Shown: one piece after another, positions 52,475 through 64,000 of the stretch
Numbering within the stretch: the stretch's first letter is position 1
How the letters are laid out: each line of letters begins with the position of its first letter
NCBI RefSeq assembly: GCF_001194135.2
Contig: NC_069006.1
Span: 9,437,896 to 9,501,895 of the forward strand
Direction of reading: 5' to 3'
DNA from: Octopus bimaculoides
Taxonomy: Eukaryota
Length of the DNA stretch: 64,000 nucleotides
Translations under genes and position numbers: made by a program
Notes under the pieces: model-generated
The model's database searches: none
The model's input: only the letters and a program-made list of their open reading frames with translations
Told to the model about the DNA's origin: nothing

Positions 52475-53078
52475 CTTAGGAGGGACACAAAACTTAAGAG
52501 CATATCCATTAGGGTCTTTGACTAGTTCCAATTTAGTCCTTTCCCATTTCGATTTGCCTTTTGAATCTTCCCCTGACAACACATTAACAATTTCCTCTTT
52601 GCTGGCATCACCATTGCCATACTGTTCTTCGACTTTGTCTAATTTACCTTTAGTCGCCGGTTTATCGTTTTTGTTCATCTTCCAGTGCTTTCGGTGATGT
52701 TCCTCAGCGCTACCATTGGTATCATTTGAACTACTCTTAAAAAAACTGCGTCTCCGAATTCCACGGAGAGAGAACCGCCGGAAAAAGCTCTTGCGCCGTT
52801 TTTCAGTGGGGCTCAGCTGACCAGAAGTGGAAATGGCGGTCGTGCTGCTGCTGCTGCCGCTGCCACCGCCACCACCGCCGCCGCCTCCACTTCCGCCAGT
52901 GCCGCCAACACTGACGCCACCTCCGCTGACCACACTGTTCTCTTGGTCAGCATAATCGCCATGGTCATCACCACCATGGCTGCCGTTCTGTTCAGCTAGG
53001 GATTCTGGACGGGAATTGTGAGACGCAGAATGAAAAGCCATTCCAATTCCATCAGCTGGTAATAACTTGGCGTTGACG
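52475..53078 (-). CDS. SH2B: SH2B/Lnk-family adaptor, exon with Gly/Ser linker, basic NLS-like motif and first part of the PH domain
   Basis: ORF MAFHS...KRRKSFFRRFSLRGIRRRSFFK...VLSGEDSKGKSKWERTKLELVK...LKFCVPPK resembles SH2B/Lnk (KKRFSLR-like NLS; FxVPPK PH motif). Acceptor tttctgctacag precedes 53078; donor AAG|gtaag at 52475/52474 is phase 0. ATG at 53041, but the frame is open back to the acceptor. Confidence 0.9.
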
Positions 53079-54533
53079 CTGTAGCAGAAAGGAAGAAAAA
53101 AAAAAATTTAATTAAAAGACAAAAAGAAAAAAAAGGAAACATTTTCTCTGAAGACAAACACAGAACATCTCGAATAAATACAGTAACGAAAGTGTTAATG
53201 CTTTGTTTTTTCTGTGTTTCTTTTAATTAATTTTAAATATAACAAAGAATTTAGTAAAATAACTTCGTTATCATTAAGCTAGTGTTAGGAACATAAATTG
53301 TGGAAGATTTTAATTCAAAACTTATGAAAACAAGACATTTGTACTATAGAGCCAGTTTCAGCCCAGTTGGTAACAAAAGGGTTAAGAATTGTTTCTCTTT
53401 TATATATTTTAATTCTTTTATTACCCTATTTCTAATTAATTTTAACTATCACAAAGAATTTAGTAAAATAACTTAGATATCATTAAGCTAGTGTTAGGAA
53501 CATTGTGATTAAGGTTTGGTGGAAGATTTTAATTCAGAACTTATGAAAACAAGACATTTGTACTCAGAGCCAGAGGTAGATTCAGACGGTTATTATCAAA
53601 AGGGTTAATGAGCCAAAGGGGGAGCCTCCACATCACTGGTTTTCAACCATTTTTCACTCTGATTCCTATTTTATGCTACCAGATACTAATGTTTAAAAAA
53701 CTCCTATTGTAATGAGTACCCACCAATGAGGAGATCCAATCCAATCAAAACCGGGTGGTCTGGTGGTCCTGAAGCTAGGCTGGCAGAAGCTATTTCCCGC
53801 TTGCAATAAATATCAAGTGCAAGAAATGGACTGAATAAACCAGCCAGTGGAGACGTCTTCCTGGGGTTAAATGGCAGTATCATCGTCTCTTAGAGGACAG
53901 CCACATTAAAGTGGCCATAAACAATCTTATATTTTTATAATTATTATTAGGAATTGTATAAAAACTTTATTGAAATATTTCGTGTTTTGTAGAAGTTTAA
54001 AGAATTTATTGCTCATGAATTTTAACAATGAGGGCTATAGTTGCTATGATCAACAGGACAACCTGCTCAAGAAATTAACATAGAAATGGCTAAGCACTCC
54101 ACAAACACACATAACCTTGACATTGATCTCAGGGATATTCAGCATCACACAGAATGTGAGAAAGTTGGCACCTTGAATTATAGGTACCGCTCATTTTTAC
54201 CAGCAATGATCCATCAGGTACTGAACACAAGACCTTGTAATCATGAGCCGAATACCCTAGCCATTAGGCCACATGTTTTCACATGACCTGTCTAATTGAG
54301 AAGAAATGCCAGCACCATGCGGCACAGACATAGCTACATGGCCAGCAGGTACAATCATAATCAGCAGCACCTTAGGCAAGTGTTTTTAGCCTTGAAACCT
54401 TCCACTCATTACATTCACACAGAAAGGACCTGGGTCCTATTCTTCTGCAAAAAAACACCTCACAAAAATAGGGAAGAGGGATTGGGGCCCCAGAATTGCA
54501 GATCTCTGAAGAAGGGTTAAAATTGACAATGGC

Positions 54534-54649
<116 letters not shown>

Positions 54650-55160
54650 CAGTTGGTGAAAGGAGAGAGAATAACATTAACTCTTTTGTTATGATATTTG
54701 TGTTGAAATATAACTGTTTCAATTAATTTTGAAGATAACAAAGAATTTAGTAAAATAATTTCATCATAATTTAGCTGTCACATGGAACAAATCAACATGA
54801 AGTTTTGATGGAGGACTTTTAGATCAATAACACTTGTTATACTTCTGTTGAAACACAGCCAGTATCATTATCATCCAATTTCCATGCTGATATGGGTTGG
54901 ATGGTTTGAGAGAATCCAGCAAGCCACGGGGCATGGTTTCTACAGCTAGATGCCCTCCCCAACACCATCCACTTTCGTGTGTACTGGGTGCTTTTCCCAG
55001 GCCACTAGAGATGTTGCCAAGTTACTTGCAAGACAGGAAAAGAACAAAGAAAAAAGGTAGGAAGGAGCCCCTTTGACTGAATGGGAAAGACAGTAATTGG
55101 GGGGCAGGGGGAGTAGATTTATGCCCTTGTTTCAATTAATTTGGAAAATAACGAAGAATT

Positions 55161-55610
55161 TGGTCAGATCATCATCATCATCATCGTTTAACGTCTGCTT
55201 TCCATGCTAGCATGGGTTGGATGATTTGACTGGGGACTGGTGAACCAGATGGCTACGCCAGGCTCCAATCTGATTTGGCAGAGTTTCTACAGCTGGATGC
55301 CCTTCCTAACACCAACCACTCCAAGAGTGTAGTGGATGCTTTTACGTGCCACCGGCACGAAGGCCGGTCAGGCGGTACTGGCAACGGCCATGCTCAAAAT
55401 GGTGTATTTTACGTGCCACCTGCACAGGAGCCAGTCCAGCGGCACTGGCAACGACCTCACTGGAATGTTTTTTTCACATGCCACCGGCACAAGTGCCAGT
55501 AAGGCGGCATTGGTAACGATTACGCTCAAATGGTGCTATTTACGTGCCACTGGCACGGAAGGCAGACAGCTACTCTGGTGGTAACGATCACGTTCGGACG
55601 GTGCTCGGCA
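55161..55610 (-). mobile_element. RTE 3'-UTR element (D) with four ~65-bp modules, inserted in an E-related MITE
   Basis: (CAT)n tail at 55161, GGAAGGGCATCCAGCTGTAGAAAC motif, repeated tttacgtgccaccggcac modules. MITE sequence lies on both sides (~55125-55150 and 55612-55730). Confidence 0.8.
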
Positions 55611-55994
55611 TTTAGATCATAAATTAACAGGAAATTTTGGTGGAAGAATTTAATTTAGATCACTTTGAAACAGGAAGTGAGTATCATAGAATCAGGGTTG
55701 ATCTCAAGTATTTTGGTTCAAAAGGGCTGACTTGGTTTCAATGCCAAAGGGGAAGAATAGATGAAACCAAGAAGTCAACAACACAAGGCTTTCTTTCTTA
55801 CTTCTTAAAGTAACAGTAAAAATTTAAAAAACCAAAAGAAAATACTAGACAGAGAAGCAAAAATAGCTGAGAAGATATGGTTTAGAACTACCTCCAGCAG
55901 GTAGATCACAAAAACCAACTGTTGCTGGTTTTGCATTCAGTTTTTGGACACTAATCATTGGGTAATAAACTGCGCTTGCGAGGAGGACCTGTTG

Positions 55995-56430
55995 AAACAA
56001 GTGAAATTGTTGCCGTGGCCGATGAGAGTACCACCTGATTGGCACCCATGCCAGTGACACATGGTAAGCACCATTTGAGTGCAGTCGATGCCAGTGTCGT
56101 CTGACTGGTCCCATGCGAGTGAGACTGTGGAAAGCACCATTCGAGCATGGTCGTTGCCAGTGCCACTTGACTGGCTCCCATGCCAGTAGCACATAAAAAG
56201 CACCATTCAAGTGTAGTTGATGCCAGTACCACCTGACTGGCCCTTATGCTGGTGGAACGTAAAAAGCACTGACTATACTCGTAGTGTCTGGCATTAGGAA
56301 AGGCATCCAGCTGTAGAAACTTTACCATATTGGATTGGAGCCTGGTACAGCCTTCTGGCTTGCCAGCCCTCAGCCAAACCATCCAACCCATGCCAGCATG
56401 GAAAGCGGACGTTAAACAACAATAATGATG
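55995..56430 (+). mobile_element. RTE 3'-UTR element (D) with ~65-bp modules
   Basis: Same modules and tail as 55161-55610, in the opposite orientation. Confidence 0.8.
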
Positions 56431-56456
56431 AGTTCTACAAGACTCACTTCATATGG

Positions 56457-57289
56457 TTAACCCTTTAGCATTTAAACCAGCCAGATCCAGCCCCCTACAA
56501 TGTCATACTAAAAATAAGCAAGCATATCATTGAAATCTCAATATAAAAAGATAATGCATGACAAATTGAAACCAATGTGAATAAATAAGTATTATGTTAG
56601 ACAAACTAATCTGAATGCTAAAGGATTAACATGAATAGGTGCAACCACCAATTCATCTGTGAATGTTGCTAACGATGAAGGCACATTAACCCTTTAGCAT
56701 TTCAATCACCCATATCCGGCCCAAATATTCTAATTTTATGTTCAAACTGGTCAGGTCCAGACTCTCACACCTACCCTACAATGTCATTCTGGAAATGATC
56801 ACATCATCCACATCTGAAAGCTGCAAGATAATGCAGGATTAATTCAAAAGAACATGAATAAATAATCTTTACATTTGACAGAGGATAATCTGAATACTAA
56901 AAGGTTAAATGATTTAATAAGAATCAGAATTTCAGCTTTGGTCTGATTTGCCATTTGACGACATGTCACATCACTAAATCTTGCTAATGCCATGTAGGAA
57001 AGACATGGATATCATAAGTTCTAATATCTCTGTCTTAAAACTTTTAAGCTTCATGGTTATGTCAGAAACATGTGTTTAACCCAGTCGTATCCAACCCTAT
57101 CGTTCTACCTATTTTATGTTCCAACTGGCCAGATCTGACCTCTCACACCTAACTTACAATGTTATTCTAAAAATCAATAGCCACATCATCAAATTCTGAA
57201 AGCTACGAGATAATACAGGAGTAATGCAGAAAAACAGGAATAAATGATCTTTACATTTGACACAGTAATCTGAATGTTTAACAGGTTAA
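56457..57289 (+). mobile_element. three family F MITEs (56457-56629, 56686-56908, 57076-57289)
   Basis: Each is bounded by TTAA and shares the F body. Confidence 0.8.
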
Positions 57290-57374
57290 CATTTTATTGA
57301 AAAAAAGGTTTATCTCTTATCAGCTTATCTCATGAAACCAGGATTAAAGCAGGCCCTTAGAAGACCTTTTGTGA

Positions 57375-57700
57375 AGGTGCATGGCTCAGTGGTTAGAGCA
57401 TCGAGTTTACGATCACGAGGTTGTGAGTTCAATTCCCAGACCAGGTTGTGTTGTGTTCTTGAGCAAGACACTTTATTTCATGTTGCTCCAGTTCACTCAG
57501 CTGTAGAAATGAGTTGTGACATCACAGGTGCCAAGCTGTATCGGACCCTTTGCCTTTTCCTTGGATAACACTGGTGGCATGGAGAGAGGAGGTTGGTATT
57601 CATGGGCAACTGCTGGTCTTCCATTAACAACCTTGTCCAGAATTGTGCCTTGGAGTGGAACTTCCGAAGTGCAATCCCATGGTCATTTATGAAGACCTTT
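57375..57700 (+). mobile_element. SINE family C, tail C1
   Basis: ggtgcatggctcagtggttagagcatc...gagttcaattccc tRNA head; gagcaagacactttatttca core; body matches 25674-25870. Confidence 0.85.
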
Positions 57701-58827
57701 AGGGACTATCAAACATGCATACCATTTACAATGAATTATGGGGCAGGTGTGATTGGGTGGGTAACAAGCATGTGGTCTTCAGCTCATTTCTATCACAGCA
57801 TTTTGGGAAAGTGTCTTCTACTACAGCCCTGGGTCAAACAATGTTTTATGAGTGAATTTGGTAAATGGAAACTAAAAGAAGCTCTTCACATGTGTGTGTG
57901 TTTTCATGCTTGTGTTTGTCTTCCCATCACCAAATGAAAACTGCTGTGGGTTTATTTACATCCCCATAAGGCACAAGTTTGGTGAAAGAGACCAACACAT
58001 TAAGTACCAGAGTTAAAATAGAAAAGAAAAAAAAGCACTGGAATGGATATTTGCTTGACTAAACCCCTTCGTTACAAGGTGGTTGGTGTCTGCCCCAGCA
58101 TGGCCACGTGCCCAGTGACTGAAACAATTTAAAGATACAAATATCTCATTTCCTATCAAGTAAAAGTCCAAACTGTTTCTCAAACAAATATCTTTTAGTT
58201 TGAAGATAATAAAGAGACTTGCAACTTTGATAACAGAATCACAGAAATGCACAATGTGTAATGTGTGCGTATGTGGATGCACATGCGCAGAGGCACACTA
58301 TGTGAGTGGTGAGTGGGTGTACATATATATATTAGTATGTAAGAGGGTATATGAGTACATGAGTGCGCGCATGTGTGTGTGTACATGTGAGTGGGTGTAC
58401 GTGCGTACATGTGAATGGGTGTAAGTGCATGCATGTGCATACATGCGAGTTTACAAGTGCATGTGCGTGTACGTATCAGTGCTTGCATGTGTGTGTGTAT
58501 ATATGAGTGGGTGTACTCAAGTGTATACAGGTACACACGAGTATGTGTTTAAGTGCGAGAGCACTCTACACAAATGCATGAGTGCATGCACATGTGCGAG
58601 TGTGCACAGGTGAGATTTTGTACAAGTGTATACACACACACATACATACATACATACATACATACACAGATTTCAGGGGGGTTTTTTTTTTTTTTTTTGT
58701 TTTTTTGTTGAGCAAACAGTTTACAAGTGTTAATTATTTTGTACTGGAATGACTTTGGAAGCTGACGGAGAGCAGAGCTGAGACTTTGTTCAGACGCAAC
58801 ACAATTAGCACAACACAAGAGACAGCA

Positions 58828-58878
<51 letters not shown>

Positions 58879-59609
58879 NNNNNNNNNNNNNNNNNNNNNN
58901 NNNNNNNNNNNNNNNNNNNNNNNNNNNNNNNNNNNNNNNNNNNNNNNNNNNNNNNNNNNNNNNNNNNNNNNNNNNNNNNNNNNNNNNNNNNNNNNNNNNN
59001 NNNNNNNNNNNNNNNNNNNNNNNNNNNNNNNNNNNNNNNNNNNNNNNNNNNNNNNNNNNNNNNNNNNNNNNNNNNNNNNNNNNNNNNNNNNNNNNNNNNN
59101 NNNNNNNNNNNNNNNNNNNNNNNNNNNNNNNNNNNNNNNNNNNNNNNNNNNNNNNNNNNNNNNNNNNNNNNNNNNNNNNNNNNNNNNNNNNNNNNNNNNN
59201 NNNNNNNNNNNTAGAGGGAAAAGCAAGCATTATAAAGTGACTAAATTTCCTACAGGGTAAAATGTATGAATGACATAAGTTCAATTCCTTGCCGAGACAT
59301 AAAACCAAACTTATTCCTCTCACCTACAGTTTCTAGCAGCAAATACTGAAGGGTATCTGATACTGCCCCACTGCCAGTGGGAAGTAGGGACTAACCAAAA
59401 TGATTAATAGAGTTTAAAAAAAAAAAAAAAAAGCAACTGGAGGTTTTAACTGGCCAAAATGTTCTGCCTGTTTTATGTTAAAACAATGTCATTTTAAAAA
59501 TAGTTACCTCATGAAAATCTCAATGCTGAGCCTCACGGAGGCAAGGTGGCTGAGTTAATTTCGAACGGGCTTCGCGGAGGTGAGGTGATTGAGTTACTTT
59601 CAAACAAGC

Positions 59610-60305
59610 CTCACCTGTCATTACCAATTTCCAGCTGGATTCCCAACAAAGACTATGGATATTATCCAACCACCTCATTCTTAGTCTACCCCTAAGTCCC
59701 TTGCTGGTTGGATTGGCTTGAAGAATCCATCTTTCCTGTGATGTTCTAATCACATATCCATAGTACTGGACCTGTGATCTATCCATCCATCTTTTCTGAC
59801 CACTATTCCTGGAAGGGTTGTGTAGGGAAGAATCCTCGAACATTTCCTCTATAGGGTCCTATCAGAAGCAACTGTCAAGATTTTCTGGCTGGATTCTCAA
59901 ACATGCCCAACTGAACCTATAGATACTATTCAACCATCTCAATTTTGGCCAACCCCTTGGTCTCCTGCCAGTTGGTTCAGCTTTAAGAATCCATCTTATG
60001 ATTCTTTCCTGTGACATTCTAATAGCACATCCTTAGAACTGAACCTGTGATCTATCCATCCATTTTTCTGACCATTATTCCTGGGAGGCTTGTGGGAGGG
60101 TAGAGTCTTCAGGCACCTCCTCCATAGGGTCCTATCAAAAGCAATAGTCATTACATTTTCTGAGTGGATTCCTAAGCATGACCAAATGAGGCTATGGATA
60201 TTCTCCAACCACCTCATTCTTGGTCGATCCCTAAGTCGCCTGCCAGTTGGTTCAACTTGAAGAATACTTCTTGCGATTCTTTCTTGTGACATTCTAATCA
60301 CGTAC
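59610..60305 (-). mobile_element. three tandem ~274-bp copies of an RTE-type ORF C-terminus
   Basis: IRMSQERI..ILQ.EPTGRR.RGRPRMRWL.NIHSL in each unit; anchor ttc(c/t)tgtga at 59733, 60006 and 60281. Confidence 0.8.
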
Positions 60306-60555
60306 CAGGGCTGGCTCAGCCTGGAGATACTCTCTAACTTCCAAACTACAAAAGAATTTCATTTTCCCAAAAAGCTTGTTTTTTTAAAATTAATATTTTT
60401 GCCCCTTCAATTCTGTGCCCATTTTTGTCTGAGGATGTTATTCCAAAACTCCACCACGTTATTAGGGGGCAGGAAAGAGCAGATATTGTAACGAATGTTA
60501 TGGTCTTAGTTGCTTGTGTCTTTAATTATCATTTTACATATTAAGGCATCTAAGG

Positions 60556-60594
<39 letters not shown>

Positions 60595-60679
60595 GAAAGA
60601 GAGTGAGATAATGAATGAATGACAGTACAAGTCTGTTAGAAGCAGGAAGAGTGTGAGATGCTGAGAAAGAGGAAAGGTG

Positions 60680-60897
60680 GCAGGCTGGCAGAAATGTTAG
60701 CACACCGGGCGAAATGCTTAGCAGTATTTTGTCTGTCTTTACGTTCTGAGTTCAAATTCTGCCGAGGTCGACTTTGCCTTTCATCCTTTCAGGGGTTGAT
60801 AAAGTAAGTACCAGTTGCATACTGAGGTCGATCTAATTGACTTCCACCCCCCCTCCCCAAAAATTTTCGGCCTTGTGCCTAGAGTACAAAAAAGGAT
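60680..60897 (+). mobile_element. SINE family B
   Basis: ggcaggctggcagaaatgttagcacaccgggcg head to gtgcctagagtac tail. Confidence 0.85.
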
Positions 60898-61983
60898 ACT
60901 GAGAAAGAGGAAAGGTGGAATGTGAGAGGGGAGATGAGGGGAGAATTTGAGAAACAAATGTCTGAGGTGAATCAGATATGTTTGGGGACGAGTTAAAAAC
61001 AAGAAAATAGGAGAGAGAGAGCACCAGGGAGTGAGTGAGTGAGAGAGAGAGAGAGAGAGAGATGGGGGGAGAGAGAGAGAGATGGGGGANNNNNNNNNNN
61101 NNNNNNNNNNNNNNNNNNNNNNNNNNNNNNNNNNNNNNNNNNNNNNNNNNNNNNNNNNNNNNNNNNNNNNNNNNNNNNNNNNNNNNNNNNNNNNNNNNNN
61201 NNNNNNNNNNNNNNNNNNNNNNNNNNNNNNNNNNNNNNNNNNNNNNNNNNNNNNNNNNNNNNNNNNNNNNNNNNNNNNNNNNNNNNNNNNNNNNNNNNNN
61301 NNNNNNNNNNNNNNNNNNNNNNNNNNNNNNNNNNNNNNNNNNNNNNNNNNNNNNNNNNNNNNNNNNNNNNNNNNNNNNNNNNNNNNNNNNNNNNNNNNNN
61401 NNNNNNNNNNNNNNNNNNNNNNNNNNNNNNNNNNNNNNNNNNNNNNNNNNNNNNNNNNNNNNNNNNNNNNNNNNNNNNNNNNNNNNNNNNNNNNNNNNNN
61501 NNNNNNNNNNNNNNNNNNNNNNNNNNNNNNNNNNNNNNNNNNNNNNNNNNNNNNNNNNNNNNNNNNNNNNNNNNNNNNNNNNNNNNNNNNNNNNNNNNNN
61601 NNNNNNNNNNNNNNNNNNNNNNNNNNNNNNNNNNNNNNNNNNNNNNNNNNNNNNNNNNNNNNNNNNNNNNNNNNNNNNNNNNNNNNNNNNNNNNNNNNNN
61701 NNNNNNNNNNNNNNNNNNNNNNNNNNNNNNNNNNNNNNNNNNNNNNNNNNNNNNNNNNNNNNNNNNNNNNNNNNNNNNNNNNNNNNNNNNNNNNNNNNNN
61801 NNNNNNNNNNNNNNNNNNNNNNNNNNNNNNNNNNNNNNNNNNNNNNNNNNNNNNNNNNNNNNNNNNNNNNNNNNNNNNNNNNNNNNNNNNNNNNNNNNNN
61901 NNNNNNNNNNNNNNNNNNNNNNNNNNNNNNNNNNNNNNNNNNNNNNNNNNNNNNNNNNNNNNNNNNNNNNNNNNNNNNNNNNN

Positions 61984-62024
<41 letters not shown>

Positions 62025-62046
62025 CACACACACATACATACATACA

Positions 62047-62200
62047 TAGGGTTTCTTTCAGTTTCCGTCAACCAAATCCACTCACAAGGCTTTGGTCAGC
62101 CCAAGGCTATAGTTGAAGACACTTGCTCAAGGTGCCACGCAGTGGGACTGAACCCGGAACCATATGGTTGGTAAGCAAGCTACTTACCATACAACCACTC
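62047..62200 (-). mobile_element. SINE family A, 5' half
   Basis: ttctttcagtttccgtc...gggactgaaccc...cttaccatacaaccactcc. Confidence 0.8.
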
Positions 62201-62951
62201 CATGTGTATATAGCATGTCTGGAGAAGGATAGCCCCAGCTGGAGTGCTTTCTACTCCAGAAGCTTGGAGCTCAAACAAGAAGACATAGTGATAGACATAA
62301 CGACAGGAGGAGGAGAGACAGACAGAAGCAATACAATAGTGAAAGAGGGGAAGGAGACAGATGTGGAAAAAAAGGAAGTGAGAAAGAGAGGGAATGAAAG
62401 AATGAGGGAGGGAGGGAAGGCGTTGCAAGAAGCAGCAGACAAAGAATGAGAAAGAGAGGGGGGTGGGAGGAAGATGAAAAGAAAGGGAGAGAGGGAGAAA
62501 AGAGGCGTTGGAGGAAGAAAAATTAACTGAGAGGACAATGTCTATAGATAGCGTTCCTCCTCCTCCTCCTGTCTAGCCAGATAACAAGCTCAGCACTTCA
62601 CCAACCACACACACACACACAGCATTCACTGCAGTCTTATCAATGAGAAGAAGACCTTGTCGATTTGTGAGAGATTAGCCAGAGAGGAACTGTTGCCATG
62701 TAAACATCTGTCCCTGTGTGTGTGTGTGTGTCTAAGTGGGAGTAACAGATGTTACACACATACACACTCTTTCAAAACAAAATGTGAAACATATGCAGTC
62801 AGCAAACCAACACACACACAATACAATTCAGGAGATTATGTATGTATATAGAGAGAGAGGGAAGGGGGAGGGAGGGAGGGNNNNNNNNNNNGAGAGAGAG
62901 AGAGAGAGAGAGATCCATTACAATTCAGTATATATACATACACAACTCAGC

Positions 62952-62982
<31 letters not shown>

Positions 62983-63814
62983 TACACCCACACAACACTG
63001 ATAAAGCAGACATACAAGCACACTTCACCTGTTACACACCCACACTCCAACGTGGACCAATACACCTCATCTAAGGTACGTACACACACACACACACACA
63101 CAAACTAGTTCAGCACCCATTTACACACTCACTCTCCCCACACAAACAGAATCCATATACACACAGGACAGACCATTACACACATACACCCACAAGTCTA
63201 CCACCCACCCATATATATGCACACACACACACACACACTCACAAACAAAAGTACAAACAGTACACAAAAATAAAGTTAAGTCAAAGCCAGCAGTCAGCTA
63301 AAAACAATTTGGATGACTTAAGTTCAGTAGTGTGTGGGCGCGCGCGTCAGGAACAAGCGGTGCTTTTTGTACATGTAGACACAGAGATGGCCGTCTGGTT
63401 AAAGCTCAATTTGCAACCACGCGGTCTCAGGTTCGTTCCCACAGTAGAACACCTTGAGCGAGTGTCTTTTACTATAGGCCTAGGCCAACCAATGCTTTAT
63501 GGGTGAANNNNNNNNNNNNNNNNNNNNNNNNNNNNNNNNNNNNNNNNNNNNNNNNNNNNNNNNNNNNNNNNNNNNNNNNNNNNNNNNNNNNNNNNNNNNN
63601 NNNNNNNNNNNNNNNNNNNNNNNNNNNNNNNNNNNNNNNNNNNNNNNNNNNNNNNNNNNNNNNNNNNNNNNNNNNNNNNNNNNNNNNNNNNNNNNNNNNN
63701 NNNNNNNNNNNNNNNNNNNNNNNNNNNNNNNNNNNNNNNNNNNNNNNNNNNNNNNNNNNNNNNNNNNNNNNNNNNNNNNNNNNNNNNNNNNNNNNNNNNN
63801 NNNNNNNNNNNNNN

Positions 63815-63852
<38 letters not shown>

Positions 63853-64000
63853 TATATGAGTATATGCATATATATGTACATACCTTCATCTACATATCTG
63901 GGTACATGACGAAAGATCGCCATATATATATATACACACACACATTCGTCCTCAGAATTTTTCATACCCTTGTTCATTTTTATGATGAAATGAATGCATT

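Noticed and set aside
53700-53920. Candidate upstream SH2B exon
   Set aside because: Minus-strand frames show no Phe-zipper similarity and no convincing phase-2 donor.
55330-55610. CRISPR-like array (palindromic repeat with a regular period)
   Set aside because: The whole 65-bp unit is homologous between copies, so there are no unique spacers. It sits in a LINE 3' UTR in a eukaryotic intron, with no cas genes.
57375-57450. tRNA gene (also other SINE heads)
   Set aside because: A/B boxes are present, but there is no complete cloverleaf and the sequence runs straight into a multicopy SINE body.

Overview
AT-rich, repeat-dense eukaryotic draft-assembly sequence with many N gaps and microsatellites. 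The SINE, MITE and LINE content suggests a cephalopod, probably Octopus (inference from repeat style, not a database result). One protein-coding gene is supported: an SH2B/Lnk-family adaptor on the minus strand. Three exons are visible (53078-52475, 5312-5214, 2903-2782), encoding a basic NLS-like segment and the PH domain, which a ~47 kb phase-0 intron splits. The N-terminal dimerisation exon and the SH2 exons were not found in the window. The rest is intronic: tRNA-headed SINEs of three head types with interchangeable tails, TTAA-flanked piggyBac-type MITEs, Tc1/mariner derivatives, RTE and CR1-like LINE fragments, and simple repeats, with several nested insertions. I see no CRISPR array or true RNA gene, and no clearly novel biological system. 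The most interesting signals are repeat architecture (modular SINEs, stacked arrays, a trimer of LINE ends, hairpin modules) and a few candidate intronic regulatory or alternative-exon regions.
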